NCBI RefSeq assembly: GCF_009914755.1
Contig: NC_060929.1
Source of the DNA: the human T2T-CHM13v2.0 reference genome, Homo sapiens
Direction: 5' to 3' (one strand)
DNA length: 64,000 nucleotides
The notes under the pieces are model-generated. The model did no database searches. It was given only the letters and a program-made list of their open reading frames with translations, and was not told where the DNA came from. How positions within the stretch are numbered: position 1 is the stretch's first letter; each line of letters opens with the position of its first letter. This document shows, piece after piece, positions 1-13,700 of this stretch. The translations under genes and the position numbers were made by a program.

Positions 1-329
1 GATGAAAGAAAAATGAAAATAGTTTTGTGGCCGCAGAATTTACTACCACTGGACGCAAGATGTCTAAAGTACTTTAAATGTGAACTCCAAGGGAGGTCAG
101 AGATAAATTCGACTGCTAAAAATCAGATTTACAAAAGCAATATTCAACCATGTAGACTGGCAACTCCACTAGTGTTTGGAGCTCCCCATCCAGATGTACA
201 ACAAACTCTTGGAGACTTGGATGTGTTACACAGGGGGCCGGTCGGGTTTCCATTTAGGACCAGGAGATTATAATCACTTTATTTTAGCAACCTCCTTACT
301 ACAAGGCCAAAACTGACAGTCCTCTCTCC

Positions 330-1040
330 AGACCCTCGCGTCCGCCCTCCAGACTGTGCTTCCCGCGCCGGACAGGGAAGTGGGAGTGCGGACGACAATC
401 CGCATCCTGCCAGCCAGACGTCACCAAGCTGTCTTCCAAGAGGCAGGCGGAGAGAGCTGACTTCCGATTGGGTCAGCCGAGGGGCACGGCTGGCTCCCTA
501 TTGGCTTACAGGAGGGGGCTAGAGAGAGGCGTGTCTCAACGTCACACCCGCCCCTAGTCTCCTTGCTGCTCAGGATTATGGGAGGGAAGGGAAGTCCAGG
601 AGGGAAAAATGACCCGGAAAGACCTTTGCCGGCCTGGGCCAGCCCTCTTCCGGAGCTGATGTCTCCTCCCACCAACCAGGAGAGGTCCGCCCTAGGCCCC
701 GCCCGTGCCGGGGGATCAGGTGATTGCGGGCCAACACGGTCACGTGACCGGGGCGCACCCGCCGATTGTGGCCATGGCGGCCGCAGTCTCTAGTGTGGTG
801 AGACGAGTGGAAGAGCTCGGGGATCTGGCTCAGGCCCACATACAGCAACTTAGCGAAGCTGCCGGTGAAGATGGTGAGGGAGCGGAGGAGAGGGAGGCGG
901 GCGGGGCAGACGGCGCTAAGGTACTGGCGCTCGATGGCTGTGAGGGCTAGAGGCTGAGGCCTGTGTTCCTTTGGGTCCCAGGCCGCAGGTGGTTACCCGA
1001 GGTCTGTCGCTTCTGAGCCCCTCTGCGCCATCGATTGCCC
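330..1040 (+). promoter_or_regulatory. CpG-island promoter of RIMOC1
   Basis: GC/CpG-rich block around the ATG at 774. Contains ATTGG (inverted CCAAT) at 467 and 500, CTTCCG/CCGGAA ETS cores, GC boxes, and CGGTCACGTGACCG at 737-750. Confidence 0.85.
774..873 (+). CDS. RIMOC1: RIMOC1 (C5orf51, RAB7A-interacting MON1-CCZ1 complex subunit 1) coding exon 1
   Basis: Kozak gccATGG; MAAAVSSVVRRVEELGDLAQAHIQQLSEAAGED; donor G|gtgagg; 100 nt. The six exons join in frame to 294 aa. Confidence 0.95.
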
Positions 1041-1742
1041 ACTTCCCAGAACTCACAATGCCAAGGCGTTGTCTTCGAAAACCGCATTATTCAGAACCCA
1101 TGGAAAATCTGTCTAGATCCGTGCTGGTGTAAACTGTCTCGGTAGCGATTGGAAGAAGGGCAGAATCTAAATAAAATACAGAAGTTTAAATAAATGGCTA
1201 AGATGAATGATAACACTCAAATTAGTTATGGTGGTTTGCATCCTGTAAAGATAAAAAGACATGTATAACAGTTCCACTTTTTCATTGCTGCGTTGTAATT
1301 TGCGTTTTACGTTTTGGATTCAAAACAACATTCTATAGAAGAGCTTTACATTGGTGTGTAGACTATTCTGCCCCATACATCATGCCAGTTCTCACAAGGG
1401 CTCTGTTAAGTATTGGCATACTTGTTTTGGAAAGGTCTAAGCTGTTAGGAAAAACTGGGCTAGGGAATTGCCTCAACCTTCTGAATTTAAGTCCAATTCT
1501 TTTCATTACGTCTCAGCTGCCTTTAGGTTCTACATTATTCCTTTTTGAGTTTGAGCAATTACTACAGATAGTTTTTAAAATTCTGTGGACTGACTCATAT
1601 CATCGGACTCATAGGAAAACAGTGGTGGAACATTTTCTTAAGCGATTGAATAGTTGGTGAATTTGTTATTAAATAGGGTCTATGATGAAATGCCTTAGTT
1701 TCAGTGAATATTTTTTGCCAGATTATCATTTATAAGGAGTGT

Positions 1743-1975
1743 TTTGTTTTGTTTTGTTTTTAGAGGCAGAGTATCATTCTGTTGCTCAGGCTGGAGCCCC
1801 TCTAGTAGTGGGACAACAGGCGCACACCATCTCGCCCGGCTAACTTTGGCATATTTTGTAGAAACGGGGTTCACCATGTCATCCAGGTTGGTCCTGAACT
1901 CCTGGGCTCAAGCATTCCACCCGCTTTGGCTTCCCAAAGTGCTGGGATTACAGGCGTGAGCCACTGTGCCAGGCC
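1743..1975 (-). mobile_element. Alu (old, internally deleted)
   Basis: (GTTTT)n tail, Alu motifs (cccaaagtgctgggattacaggcgtgagccac), TSD aggagtgt on both sides. Confidence 0.85.
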
Positions 1976-4141
1976 AGGAGTGTGTTCTTTAAAGACCTAC
2001 AGACCACCCTGAAGCCGACTTATATTTTGGTCTGTGGATTCACATGAATAATTCTTGGGTAGTAGGAGCTATTAACTTGAAAGTTATCTATGTTACCTCT
2101 AATTCCAGATTCACTTGAACCAGTCCAAAGAGACCAAAGAATGTTTTTTATTCACTTATCACTGAACTAAAAAGCCATTCTCATTTCCCTTGGAAGAGTT
2201 CTTTAATCTGGAATGAATCAGAGCTGGAAATAAAAGTCATGTGCTATATATGGAATTCTTGTTTGAAGGCTTTATACTTCTGAAAATTTACTAAAATAAA
2301 ATGACAATGTTAGTGGTCCACATTATGAGCCGTTGATCAGCATGGAAATCAGTTCAATCTTAAAAATATTACAAGATTTATGAACTTTAATTAAAACAAG
2401 ATTTCATGTACTTGAATTGAATTTGGCATTATTTTTCCACGCAACAAGAATAATATACATTCAAACTTTGTTCTTTAATGTAATGAGTATATATTTATAC
2501 TAGGATATAAGGGTTTGATGATTTCCATTGTCTTCTTCAGATTAGATGAGATACAGCCAGACATTATTTCATCTAAGAATGCGTCTTTAAATTTCTAGCC
2601 AATTTTTGTTAATTTATTTCTCATCATACAAGCACAATCTGTTTACTCTATGGAAGTACGTCATGAGGGAGTTTTTCCACAGATTATATAAGAATCAGTT
2701 TCATCTTTTGCTTTGCCAGTCATTACTTTGACTAAATAGTTCTAGTCAAAATACTGCATTTTATGGGCTTTTCCAAAGTGTGAGTTATGCCACCACCACA
2801 CCCCTGCCACAGTAATTATGTCATCAATTTATGTGACATACTCTTTCAGCAATGGTTTAGTGAGTTCAATGCAAATCTTTACATTGAAAATAATCCTGCA
2901 AGTTAAACAAAATATCAACACACTCTCTAAAGAAGCACCTAAGGCATGTCATATTCCATGTAATTTCAGTTTATAGTAGAATCTTTTTCTACATTGTGTG
3001 GATGTCACTTCTGGGCTAATGAGAGGTGGAAGGACAGTGCTAAGAAGTAGATTTCAACTCAAGTGAAAGTGGATCTTACAGCAGTCAAAATGCAATCTCA
3101 GGCTTTACCTGAGAAGACTTAAGGCAGCAGTCACATGATTGCCAACAGACATAACCTGATGGTGCTTTTGCTCCAACAATGAACACCTTATCTGTGTAAC
3201 TCCTGAGGCTGGATCAGGTAGGCCTACACCAAATGCTACACTATCTGTTCATTGGCCCATGAAGAAGAAAGGGATATATTTTAGAATATCAGACTATGTT
3301 TCAGAAGGGAAGCACTGAGAGGTAAACTCAGAGAGTTTAGTGTCTTGATTATGGGTGTATCTAAATTTGACTTCATGAAGTGCTGCAGAAGGGTGGATAG
3401 TACCTTGAAGTGGACACATAAGAAAAGGTGAAATCACAGAAGCAACAAAGGGATTATGACATTAGAGAAAGGGAAAAAAAATCAGGAGATGGTGAAGGCG
3501 GAGGGAGGGTGAATTGTGATTAGAGGACTTATTAGAAGTATTTAGTTCCTTTTCTTCCAGGTTTTGAGGAAATGAGGTAATTTGTTTCTAAGTTTTTAAA
3601 GGAATTAAATACACAGATGTATTATGTAATTTTAATTGTAGTAGATATAAACAATTATAAAATTGCTCATAATGCTGGCATTTTGTAAGGAATTTGATTT
3701 GGTCAATCATGGTCTTTTGAATAACATTTGCAACTACATTTATGAAATCTTAAGTTTTCAGTGGAAGCCCTTTCTGTATATTTATGTATATTATTTGTAT
3801 ATTCCAGTAAGTTTTAAATTTGTTTAATTATTTTGAGTGCATTATCATAAAAGAAGCATAATGAGAATACAGACTGCATTTAAGAAATGGCAAGAGTGAC
3901 TCTAGAAAGTTTTCAGTATTTTGCTTTGTAGAAAAAATTTTCATGATAAATTTACTTAATTAGGATTAGGCATTATGAGATATTTCATGTTTTAGATAAG
4001 ATATTATTACTATAATTCTGTTTCTCCATATGTCATAATATTATTTCATCTTGTCATTTCATCTTCATACATAATGTGTTTTTTGTTTAAATAACACTCT
4101 GAAACTAGGTGAAGTAATCCTCATGTTTTTATTTCTTATAG

Positions 4142-4248
4142 ATCACTTTTTAATTCGGGCCTCTGCAGCATTAGAAAAATTGAAACTCCTGTGTGGAGAA
4201 GAGAAAGAATGTTCAAATCCATCAAATCTTCTAGAACTTTACACACAG
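4142..4248 (+). CDS. RIMOC1: RIMOC1 exon 2
   Basis: tttcttatag|AT CAC... (D)HFLIRASAALEKLKLLCGEEKECSNPSNLLELYTQ|gtactg; 107 nt, phase matches exon 1. Confidence 0.92.
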
Positions 4249-5339
4249 GTACTGAAAGAGTGGTGGACTCTGGCATTTTATGAGGGCAGGTTGTTTATTT
4301 AGATGATTGACTCCAACTTTAGGTAAAATGAAATCAGTTTATTCTATATTTCAAGTGTTTAATTTTGTCCAAAAAACTATGAATAAAACACAAAAACTTA
4401 AAACTTTGAGGTAGTATGAAAAGAAGTAAGATTTATTAGATGTGTTAATAAGAAAAGTCAGGAAGAAAATCTTACAGATAACGGAATTGTTTTCCTTTAG
4501 AGATAATTGAACAGGACACTAGTGTGTGCAATGTCCAATCTCTTGAAAGTTTCAGAGGGAGCAGGGGAGTATATAAGGGCCCTGACTTTTTTTTTTTCCC
4601 CTGAAATTTACCTTCCCTAGGATTCTCAATATTATTCTCCCTGCTAGTGTCATGCATATCTATGTGATTTTTCTATTCACCCACTTTTTTTTTTAACTTT
4701 CCTTTCCAAATCAGGCTGCTGTGTGGACAACACCTTTTTTTCTTGGTTTTCTGAAACACTGCTGAGGCATGCTAACATCAAGAAATGTAATTTTATTATG
4801 GTAACTAACATCTATATAGCACTTTGTAGTTGATAGAGTGTTTTCATGTGCCCTTTTTGGATTGCTAAGGGATAATAAAACTGAAGTGGTTACAGAAAGT
4901 ACAGTACACTTAGTTAGGCTTCCAAAGTGCCCATTTATAGCATTTAAATGCTTGGTGCTGTTCTTCCTGTTAGGAAATTTCTAAAGATAGCTTCTGCCTT
5001 CAAACACCATGGATGAGTAAGCCTAACAGCTACTCACAAACCACAGAGAACTGTTTTAAGTTTGGCAGGTATTTTGCTTGGTTTTCTTTCTGTTCAGAAG
5101 ACTCTGTGCTTGTCTGTATGTGTTTTATGTCATCTCATTTTTTTCACGAGAGTGTTCCAGACATTTTAACTTACTGGAATAAGGCAAAAGACCTAGAGAT
5201 ACAGATTTCAATTTTAAGATCCTCTTAAACCCTATTGATGGTTCTGAATCAACAGATCACCTTTCATATGATGATGAAATCATATATGATGATCTCTCCT
5301 TACTGGCTTAGGCCTTTCGCACGATAACATTTACTCCTC

Positions 5340-5570
5340 ATGTTCACAGAAAGTAAAGCACTAACTGGGTGCTAGGTAACGTTTCTAGTACCTTACATAT
5401 GTTAATTAATTTTTTACTCCAACAAGGAACTTTGAAAGGTATTTTAGTCCAATTTATCATTTAGCCAATTAAGAAACTGAGGCTCAAAAAAGGTAAAATT
5501 GACTTGTCTTTGGTTAGTTAAGTGATTAGTGGTAGAACTGACCCTAGAACCCAGTTTCCTTAGTCTTAGT
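5340..5570. mobile_element. MIR-like SINE remnant
   Basis: aagaaactgaggctcaaaaaaggtaaa...gacttg...tagaacccag core motif; boundaries approximate. Confidence 0.55.
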
Positions 5571-6151
5571 TCAATAGATTAAAAAAGGAAAAAGGATTGG
5601 GGAGTTTTAATATGCTTTAACAGCATCTCTAATAATTAGGAATACTGGGGGCTTAGTGTTTGAGTTGCATATGTTGATGGTATGCTTCCTCTATTGGGTG
5701 GCAGGATACATACGCCCCTCACGCTGGCTCTGTATTTGGGAACACAAATCCTTTGAAGGTTCAAAACTGGAAGTAGTGACCTTAACTTGATACAGCAGGC
5801 ATTTAGAAAATTTTCAGGGGTTATATAAGTAGTAGAATATAATAATTACCTTTTTCATAATTATATATGATTAAATTCTGTAAATTAAAACAAAGCTCTA
5901 TTTTCTTTTTTGAGGGAAAGAAAGATTATCATTAATTCAGCACTTTAGTGAAATACCTATGAAGTTTTCTTTAAAATCTTTCTCAAATTATATTTACATC
6001 TAGACATTTTGCCTACTTCTCAAATTTACATACTGAGCTAGAAGATTTAAATGTGTAATAAAGCACCTATGTGTGCAAGGTTAGACTGTAAGAATTGTTT
6101 TTTTTCAATTTTAAGTCATTGATAGATATCTTTCTTTTTTTTTTTTTTTAG

Positions 6152-6298
6152 GCTATTTTGGACATGACATATTTTGAGGAGAACAAGCTAGTAGATGAAG
6201 ATTTTCCTGAAGACTCTTCTTCACAGAAAGTAAAAGAGCTGATTAGTTTTCTTTCAGAACCAGAAATTTTAGTAAAGGAAAATAATATGCATCCAAAA
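6152..6298 (+). CDS. RIMOC1: RIMOC1 exon 3
   Basis: T-tract ag|GCT; AILDMTYFEENKLVDEDF...NMHPK|gtaagt; 147 nt, phase 0-0. Confidence 0.93.
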
Positions 6299-7453
6299 GT
6301 AAGTTTTACATTCCTGTTAATTATGATGGAATATTGCTGGTACTTGCTGTCCTGCTTTTTGGAGTCTATATTTTTTTCTTCTTGATTGTATCTTTGTTTC
6401 TTAAATTAAGATTGGAAGAGGGAGATAAAAGAGCTTAACACTTCAGACCAATGTTGCAACAAAAGTATCATATTTTACTAAATGTATTTCAGAATATTTG
6501 CATAATAGAATTGTAATAGCTGTGCCTAATCATTTTTTTTAATATAGATATTCCCATTTCGACCCCCTTTACTTTTGCAGATGCTGTTTTCTTGAAGGTC
6601 ACTATTAATCTAATTACCACGTCTGTTCTTACAGTCCTTATTCTCTCGAACATTTGCTCCCCTTCTTAATGTTGATCACCCCCTCCCTCTGAGACCCTGC
6701 ATGCTTCTTTTCCACTTCTTCATCTCTGAAATGTCTTCTCTTGCTAGCAACTGTTCTGCCTTCCATTCTAGAAACACAGGTACTAGCCAGGGATGTCTCT
6801 TTCATCACCGATAGTCTCTATTCTGTCTTTGCTTGATAACCTGTTCACAGGCTTTGTACTGTCATCTCTATTTGGATAATCCTATGATTTGTATATCTAG
6901 TCCTGGATACTCTTTGAAGCAAATAATTTCTCATCTTTAACTGCCTGCTGACTGTTTACTTAGATATATTTTTTTTCTCTATTTATTTATCAGGGGAGGC
7001 TGTGGAAACATCTCCAAATTTCAATGACAAGCCACTTTAAAAATTTTGATTTATTAAAATTATTTTTGGGTGTAAATTTTCATTATTTTATTCCAGCGGT
7101 AGTAGAAATAGATATGATCTCACTTCAAGTAATGTATTTGTGAAAAGTTACCTTTTTAATGAGATGATGACTGCTTATATTGCAAACCTGTTAGGGGAAT
7201 TTGCTAGTAAAAATATTTTTTAAATTATTTTGTAAAACTACTAGTAAATTGAAGTTATTTTAATTTTCATGTATTAATAGAATTGCATATTTATAATTGA
7301 TTGAAAATAAGGCCTCCCTGTGTAAGCAGCTAAACAAAGGGAACATTTTGTGACTTGAGAATGTTTTTAATCGATGAGTTTTTGAAATTTAACTTCAACT
7401 TTTATAGACATCCAGTTTCCCTTTTTAGCTATGTCTTTTTTTGTGTGTTTCAG

Positions 7454-7585
7454 CACTGCAATTTGCTTGGGGATGAGCTACTGGAATGTCTCTCTTGGAG
7501 ACGAGGAGCCCTGCTGTATATGTATTGTCATTCTCTTACCAAAAGAAGAGAGTGGCTCTTAAGAAAATCCAGTTTGCTTAAAAAG
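7454..7585 (+). CDS. RIMOC1: RIMOC1 exon 4
   Basis: tgtttcag|CAC; HCNLLGDELLECLSWRRGALLYMYC...SLLKK|gtaaga; 132 nt, phase 0-0. Confidence 0.93.
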
Positions 7586-8474
7586 GTAAGAAGACATTCC
7601 TTACACATTTTTCATTGTTGACATTTAGAGGTTTCAAAAAGCTGTCTTTGTTGTACTACTAAGAGTAGTGGATCAAAGGGTCTGAGTTTGTATTCTGTGT
7701 CTTTTATTTACTAGCTGGGTAATCATAAATAAATTGGGCTTGTTGTGAAGACTAAATCAGATAACATGTGAAAGCACTTTGTAATCTGCGAAGTTCTTTT
7801 TTTAAGGATTTGTATTGTTTTAAATATAAGATAAACTATATTAATTTCTAAACTTTTAAAAAATTTTTGTCCTGAAAGAAACACTTGACTGTGAGCCTGT
7901 CAGCAGATCACTTCTAAGGAACTCACATGACCCTGCTTCTAGAAAATTGTGGCCCTCTGATTCACTTGACCATTATGACTGAATCATTAAATCCAAAATA
8001 TGAGTCTTGGTATTGTATCACTAAGGATTCTAACTTGGGTTAAATGTACACACAATTTAGGTGGGCTTGAAATGCGAGGCCACACTTGCAGATATAAAAG
8101 TTTGATCATAATATTTCTAAATTATAACCACATACATGTTTTTAATACATTGTTGTTGAGCACATCTTTATTATCTTTATTCTTTTCTTCCTCTGATAAC
8201 ATCTTTAACAAGTATATTACTGAAATGTGTTTCTGGTTAATGTCTTCTTTTTTTTTAGTACTCTTTTTTACTACTAGAGCATTTCAAGGGGTATATTTAT
8301 ATTAGCAGAGTCTTGGGATGGTGGGTCTTTATACCATTGAAATAGAATAGCTGTAAGCTATGCCTATATATTAACCAATTTTCTCTTGAGTAAAGAATGG
8401 AAAATATTAGTATTTGAAGTTTATATATCTCTGCATATAATACTTTCAATTCTTTGGCTCTGACTTTTATTTAG

Positions 8475-8589
8475 TACCTTCTTGATGGAATCAGTTACTT
8501 GCTACAGATGCTAAATTATCGATGTCCTATCCAGTTAAATGAAGGAGTTTCTTTCCAAGATCTAGACACAGCTAAATTACTGAGTGCAG
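8475..8589 (+). CDS. RIMOC1: RIMOC1 exon 5
   Basis: ttttatttag|TAC; YLLDGISYLLQMLNYRCPIQLNEGVSFQDLDTAKLLSA G|gtaatg; 115 nt. Confidence 0.92.
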
Positions 8590-8851
8590 GTAATGTGATC
8601 TCTCATTAAATTTTCTAAGTGTTTTAAAGCTTCTTAAGATTTTAGGAAGTTTGTTAGATTTCACTCTGATTTAAATAAATGTCAAGGTAGATTATAGACA
8701 AAAAAGTAATAAGTAATAAAGGGTTTATATAAAATTCAAAGATAAAATCTTTTGATGTAATACAGAAAAATATTTCTAATCCCTTGTGTTTAGTAATTTT
8801 GGAAGTTATGTATTGTGTTCCTTCTGCTCATTTTGCATCCTCACACAGCCC

Positions 8852-9218
8852 TGTAATTAGTCTGTTTTCACACTGCTATAAAGATACTACCTGAGACTGG
8901 GTAATTTATAAACAAGAGAGGTTTAATTGACTCTCAGTTCCACATGGCTGGGAAGGTGTCAGGAAACTTACAATCATGGTGGAAGGGGAAGCAGGCATGT
9001 CTTAAATGGCAGCAGGTGAGACAGAGCATGTGTGAGTGCAAGAAAAACTATCATTTATAAAACCATCAGATCTCATGAGAATTCACTCACTATCACGAGA
9101 ACAGAATGAGGGAAACCACCCACATGATCCCGTCACCTCCCACCAGCTTCCTCCCTCAACACCTGGGGATTATGATTCAAGATGAGATTTGGGTGGGGAC
9201 ACAGAGCCAAACATATCA
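8852..9218 (-). mobile_element. ERVL-MaLR solo LTR (MST/THE1 type)
   Basis: tgtaattagtctgttttcacactgctataaag...ggggacacagagccaaacatatca; TG..CA ends; 5-bp TSD agccc/agcct. Confidence 0.88.
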
Positions 9219-10777
9219 AGCCTCTGTCAGCATATTATCAGTACTAGATTTGGCTACTTGTAACCGAATGGAAGTAACTTTTCAACAAGGTAGACATTTA
9301 GTGATCTTTCGCACAGTAAAGGTCCAGAGCTGGTACAGTGGCTCCATCTCATCATGTTCTTACCTTTTTCCTCCATTCTTCTTTAAAACCAGACCCCCTC
9401 TTCATGGGGAGGCACTTTATATAGAACATAATATAAATGATACTTTCCAGACTGTGCAGCATGCATCTCTGTTTAGGACATTGCTTTTATTCTCAGTATC
9501 CCAAGATGTTCCTGGAGCTCCTTCAATCTCACCTGTGTTTCAGGCTACAGGAATGGCAAAAGGGAATTTCAGCCAAGTCTGTTCCTTTAGACCATCATTC
9601 TCAGAAGTTTCTTACAACCTCCATTTCACTGGCCAGAATTTAATCAGATTACTTTACTTAGCTATAAGGAAACCTGGGAAGTATAGTCCTTAACCTGATA
9701 CATTGCCATCCCAAATAAAATTAAGATTCTTTACTAAGAAGGGGGTATTGGGGAGAATGAATACTGGTTGGCAACTATAAATTTCTGCCACAAGCGTCTG
9801 TGTACTTGAAAATTCTAGGAACTGAATATAGAGCATCATCTGGGTTTTAGACTTGTGTGTGAGGAGAGAAGAACCACTTACTTTTACCATCTCCTTATAA
9901 ATGGAAGAACTGAGATCCAGGTAAATGCAAGTGAATTGTTCAAGGTCATATAGCTGCAAGTAACATTAGATCACATGTGTAAACCTTTTTATACTTCATC
10001 TGAAGTTTTGATGGGAAAAAAATGAAATGTGAAGAATAATTAGAGTACCTCTTTGGAAATATTCTAGTATATTAAATATGTTTTAATTCTTCCTGTTTCT
10101 TTGTTAGCCTCTCCTGGATTGTTCTATTTGAAAGCATTTCATAGAAAAAAAATAGTGATTTAAGTGACCTGATGGCCAAAAATTATTACTTTCTGCTCAT
10201 TTAGACAAATATTTTATTCTAAAACAACTTATTGTGAATACAAAAAGCTCCCTCAGTGGGCATGACATTTTGACAAACATAGGATATTTGATGTAATTAT
10301 GGCAAGTATATACTAGTTATTAGTTATTTCAGATAACTAGGAACCAATCAGAGGCATTGAAAATGGCTTTTAAAAAATTTCTATTTATACACATGGACTG
10401 ATTAAATTGAATTCTTAATGTGGGACACTTTAAAAGAAAAAGGTGGGGGTAGGCACTACAGCTCATTTAGAACCAAAGGGAGTGGCACAAATCACCTGTT
10501 TTCCTAATTCTCCCATTTCCAGTTATAAAGTAAGACATTCTCATAACCTGGAGTTTTTTCTTCAGGAAGCATGTAATATTGGTGGCGTCTCTTTGTCATA
10601 CTTTGAATTTACTAGCTCCTAGTTTCAGTTGGTTCTTCAACAAGGGAATTAAAAGGGTCAGATAGGGTAGCATTTTCCAGGCAAAAAGACACAGTATAGG
10701 CACCATAGCAGTTTGCTACATACTGTCCTAAGTCCTCTTAGGGTGTCGGCCTTTTGTTCTCATCTAAAGAAGTTTGC

Positions 10778-10907
10778 GCTTGAACCTAGGAGGCGGAGGT
10801 TGCAGTGAACCAAGATCTCACCACTGCATTCCAGCCTGGGGGATAGAGCCAGACTCTGTCTCAAACAAAACAAAACAAAACAAAACAAAACAAAACAAAA
10901 CAAACAT
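10778..10907 (+). mobile_element. 5'-truncated Alu (right-arm end) with (CAAAA)n tail
   Basis: gcttgaacctaggaggcggaggttgcagtg...; TSD aagtttgc at 10770-10777 and 10908-10915. Confidence 0.88.
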
Positions 10908-10917
10908 AAGTTTGCCT

Positions 10918-11226
<309 letters not shown>

Positions 11227-11877
11227 TTAGAAGCCAGGAAACCTACTTTTCATAGGCTGAATTACTCCTAAGTCCTAATTTGAGAGGCTCAAATTATTTT
11301 TTGTTAGTCCATATAAAATACAATTCTGAGTAATTCTTAGCATTTAGGGAGAAAAGTTCTATATGAGACATCAAATTTTCTGTGGCTAGATCTTGGTGAT
11401 AATTTACCTAATTTTAGATAAAACTCAAAACTGTGTATGGTTTTTGTTACTTTTTCTAAGGTAAGATAATCATATTGTTGTTTAGACATTATCTGTATAT
11501 CATTAAATTTTATGCAGTAAGCCCTTGTATCTCACCTCTGAGTCTCATTCTTCTGTGAAATGGGGCCAGAGAATTTTAATCTTTGGACATGGCCTTATCA
11601 GATAAAAGGGTTATAAAAATTGCATTGTCAGAATAAACCTGGAATCACATGGAGGTAAATAAAAAACTGTCCAACTTTTACACCCTTTGTTTATGCCCTT
11701 AATACCACTGAGGAGCCTCCCACCCCTACAAATCAGAGCTGGTATCACAAAAGGTTGTATGAGTGGGAGGAGTGTGATGAAGAGAGGTTGGGTTAATGGG
11801 TACAAACATACAGTTAGAAAGAAGGAATAAGTTCTGAAGGCAAAAGTTTGAGAACCACTATTTATCATATAGCCATT

Positions 11878-12230
11878 TGTATTAGTCCGTTTTCATGCTG
11901 CCAATAAAGACATACCCAAGACTGGGAAGAAAAAATAGGTTTAATGGACTCACAGTTCCTCGTTGCTGGGAGGCCTCATAATCATGGCAGAAGGCAGAAG
12001 GCACTTCTTACATGGCGGTGGCAAGAGAGAAGGAGAGAGAAGTGAAAGCGGAAACCCCTTATAAAACTATTAGATCTCTTGAGACTTATTCATTACCACA
12101 AGAACAGTATGGGGGAAACCGCCTCCATGATTCAGTTATCTCCCACTGGGTCCCTCCCACAACACATGGGAATTATGAGGGTACAATTCAAGATGAGATT
12201 TGGATGGGGACACAGAGCCAAACCATATCA
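11878..12230 (-). mobile_element. THE1-family solo LTR (ERVL-MaLR)
   Basis: tgtattagtccgttttcatgctgc...ggggacacagagccaaaccatatca; perfect 5-bp TSD ccatt. Confidence 0.9.
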
Positions 12231-13416
12231 CCATTCATTCAGCTATTCTGCTGAGCCTGTTGTTTCTCTTGCTACTCTTTATAAGCAGAAATTGAGGTGA
12301 AGTGAAGGTGAAAACTGTAGGAACAAATTTTGATACTTTAAAAAGCTTGCAATAGATTCAAACAGAAACTACCACTATTTTGAAAGTTGAATTTTTCATA
12401 TCCAGTGCCATCATAGTCACTTTTGTTGAATCATATTAGGTGAACAACAGACATTGTGATGCTCATTTATTTGAAGTAATCTTTTCTAATCACAGAAGCA
12501 CATTAGAATCCATCATTTATTTTTTCTTCAATGGCTTTAAGAAGTTACATTTTTATTTCTTTTATGTTCTTTAGGAAAATTCAGGAATTAAGTAGGGGAT
12601 GCAAACTCCTTATTTTTCAGATTTAAAACCTGAGATTCAAAGAGCTTTGGTGACTTGCCCAAAGACACAAAGCCAGTAATTTATACCCAGATCTTTTTTA
12701 TTCTAGGTTTATTTGTCTTTCTGCCAAATTAATATACTTTATGCACCATAAATATTTAATTATATAATTGCCTACTGGAAAAACTACCCATAAGAAGAAA
12801 GAGTTCAACTTTTGATGAAAATTCTGCAGCATACTCTCTTTTTTTCTGGTAATACAAAGCATCTTGGAAATAACACCTTTAATAATTTAAAATTGTATGG
12901 ACTCTCAGGCATGATTATGCATGATAATTTCTTAGACTTTTAGAGAATATAAGAGGTCTAGGATACTTGACTTTAGCTATATGAATTATCCTAGAGCATA
13001 CCCCAAAATAAAGGGTGTGTCCATGGATGTAATTCAGGGAGTTTATAAGTACTCTGAAATTGACTGCAGAATTTGGGGTGTATATTCTGGGAGAAGTTCT
13101 ATTCCTTAAATTAGATTCTCAAAGAAGTTATAGAGTGGACCCCAAAAAGGTCAAAAACACCTAAATGGTTCTCTAAAAAAATTCTCTGGTACTCTGTTTT
13201 TCTTTTTGTAATGGGCCTCCTTTATCAGTAAAATCGATATTAAAAAATGCTAATTAAATGAAGATTGTGTTAGTCATATTTGGCTTTTGTGTTACTGTTA
13301 AAGTGAGAATAGAAAATGCTTAATGACAAAAGGAACTTTAATTAGAGTTTAGTTAATAACTACGGTTTCTTTTTAAGCTTTTAATTCTAATCTGTCAACC
13401 TAAATGACTTTCCCAG

Positions 13417-13700
13417 GAATATTTAGTGACATTCATCTGCTGGCTATGATGTACAGTGGAGAAATGTGTTACTGGGGATCGAAGTATTGTGCTGATCAGC
13501 AACCAGAAAATCATGAAGTGGATACTAGTGTGTCTGGAGCGGGCTGCACTACATACAAGGAACCCTTGGATTTCCGAGAAGTAGGAGAAAAAATCTTGAA
13601 AAAGTATGTATCTGTGTGTGAAGGACCCCTGAAAGAACAAGAATGGAATACAACGAATGCAAAACAAATTTTAAACTTCTTTCATCATCGCTGTAACTAG
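13417..13700 (+). CDS. RIMOC1: RIMOC1 exon 6 (coding part to TAG)
   Basis: tttcccag|GA ATA; IFSDIHLLAMMYSGEMCYW...LNFFHHRCN*; 284 nt, total CDS 885 nt. Confidence 0.93.

Noticed and set aside
421-950. Overlapping ORFs on both strands at the RIMOC1 promoter
   Set aside because: Expected from stop-poor GC-rich sequence; only 774-873 splices into a coherent protein.
9106-9693. 195-aa intronic ORF
   Set aside because: Starts inside an antisense LTR, has no recognisable domain or splice support, and is most likely a chance ORF.
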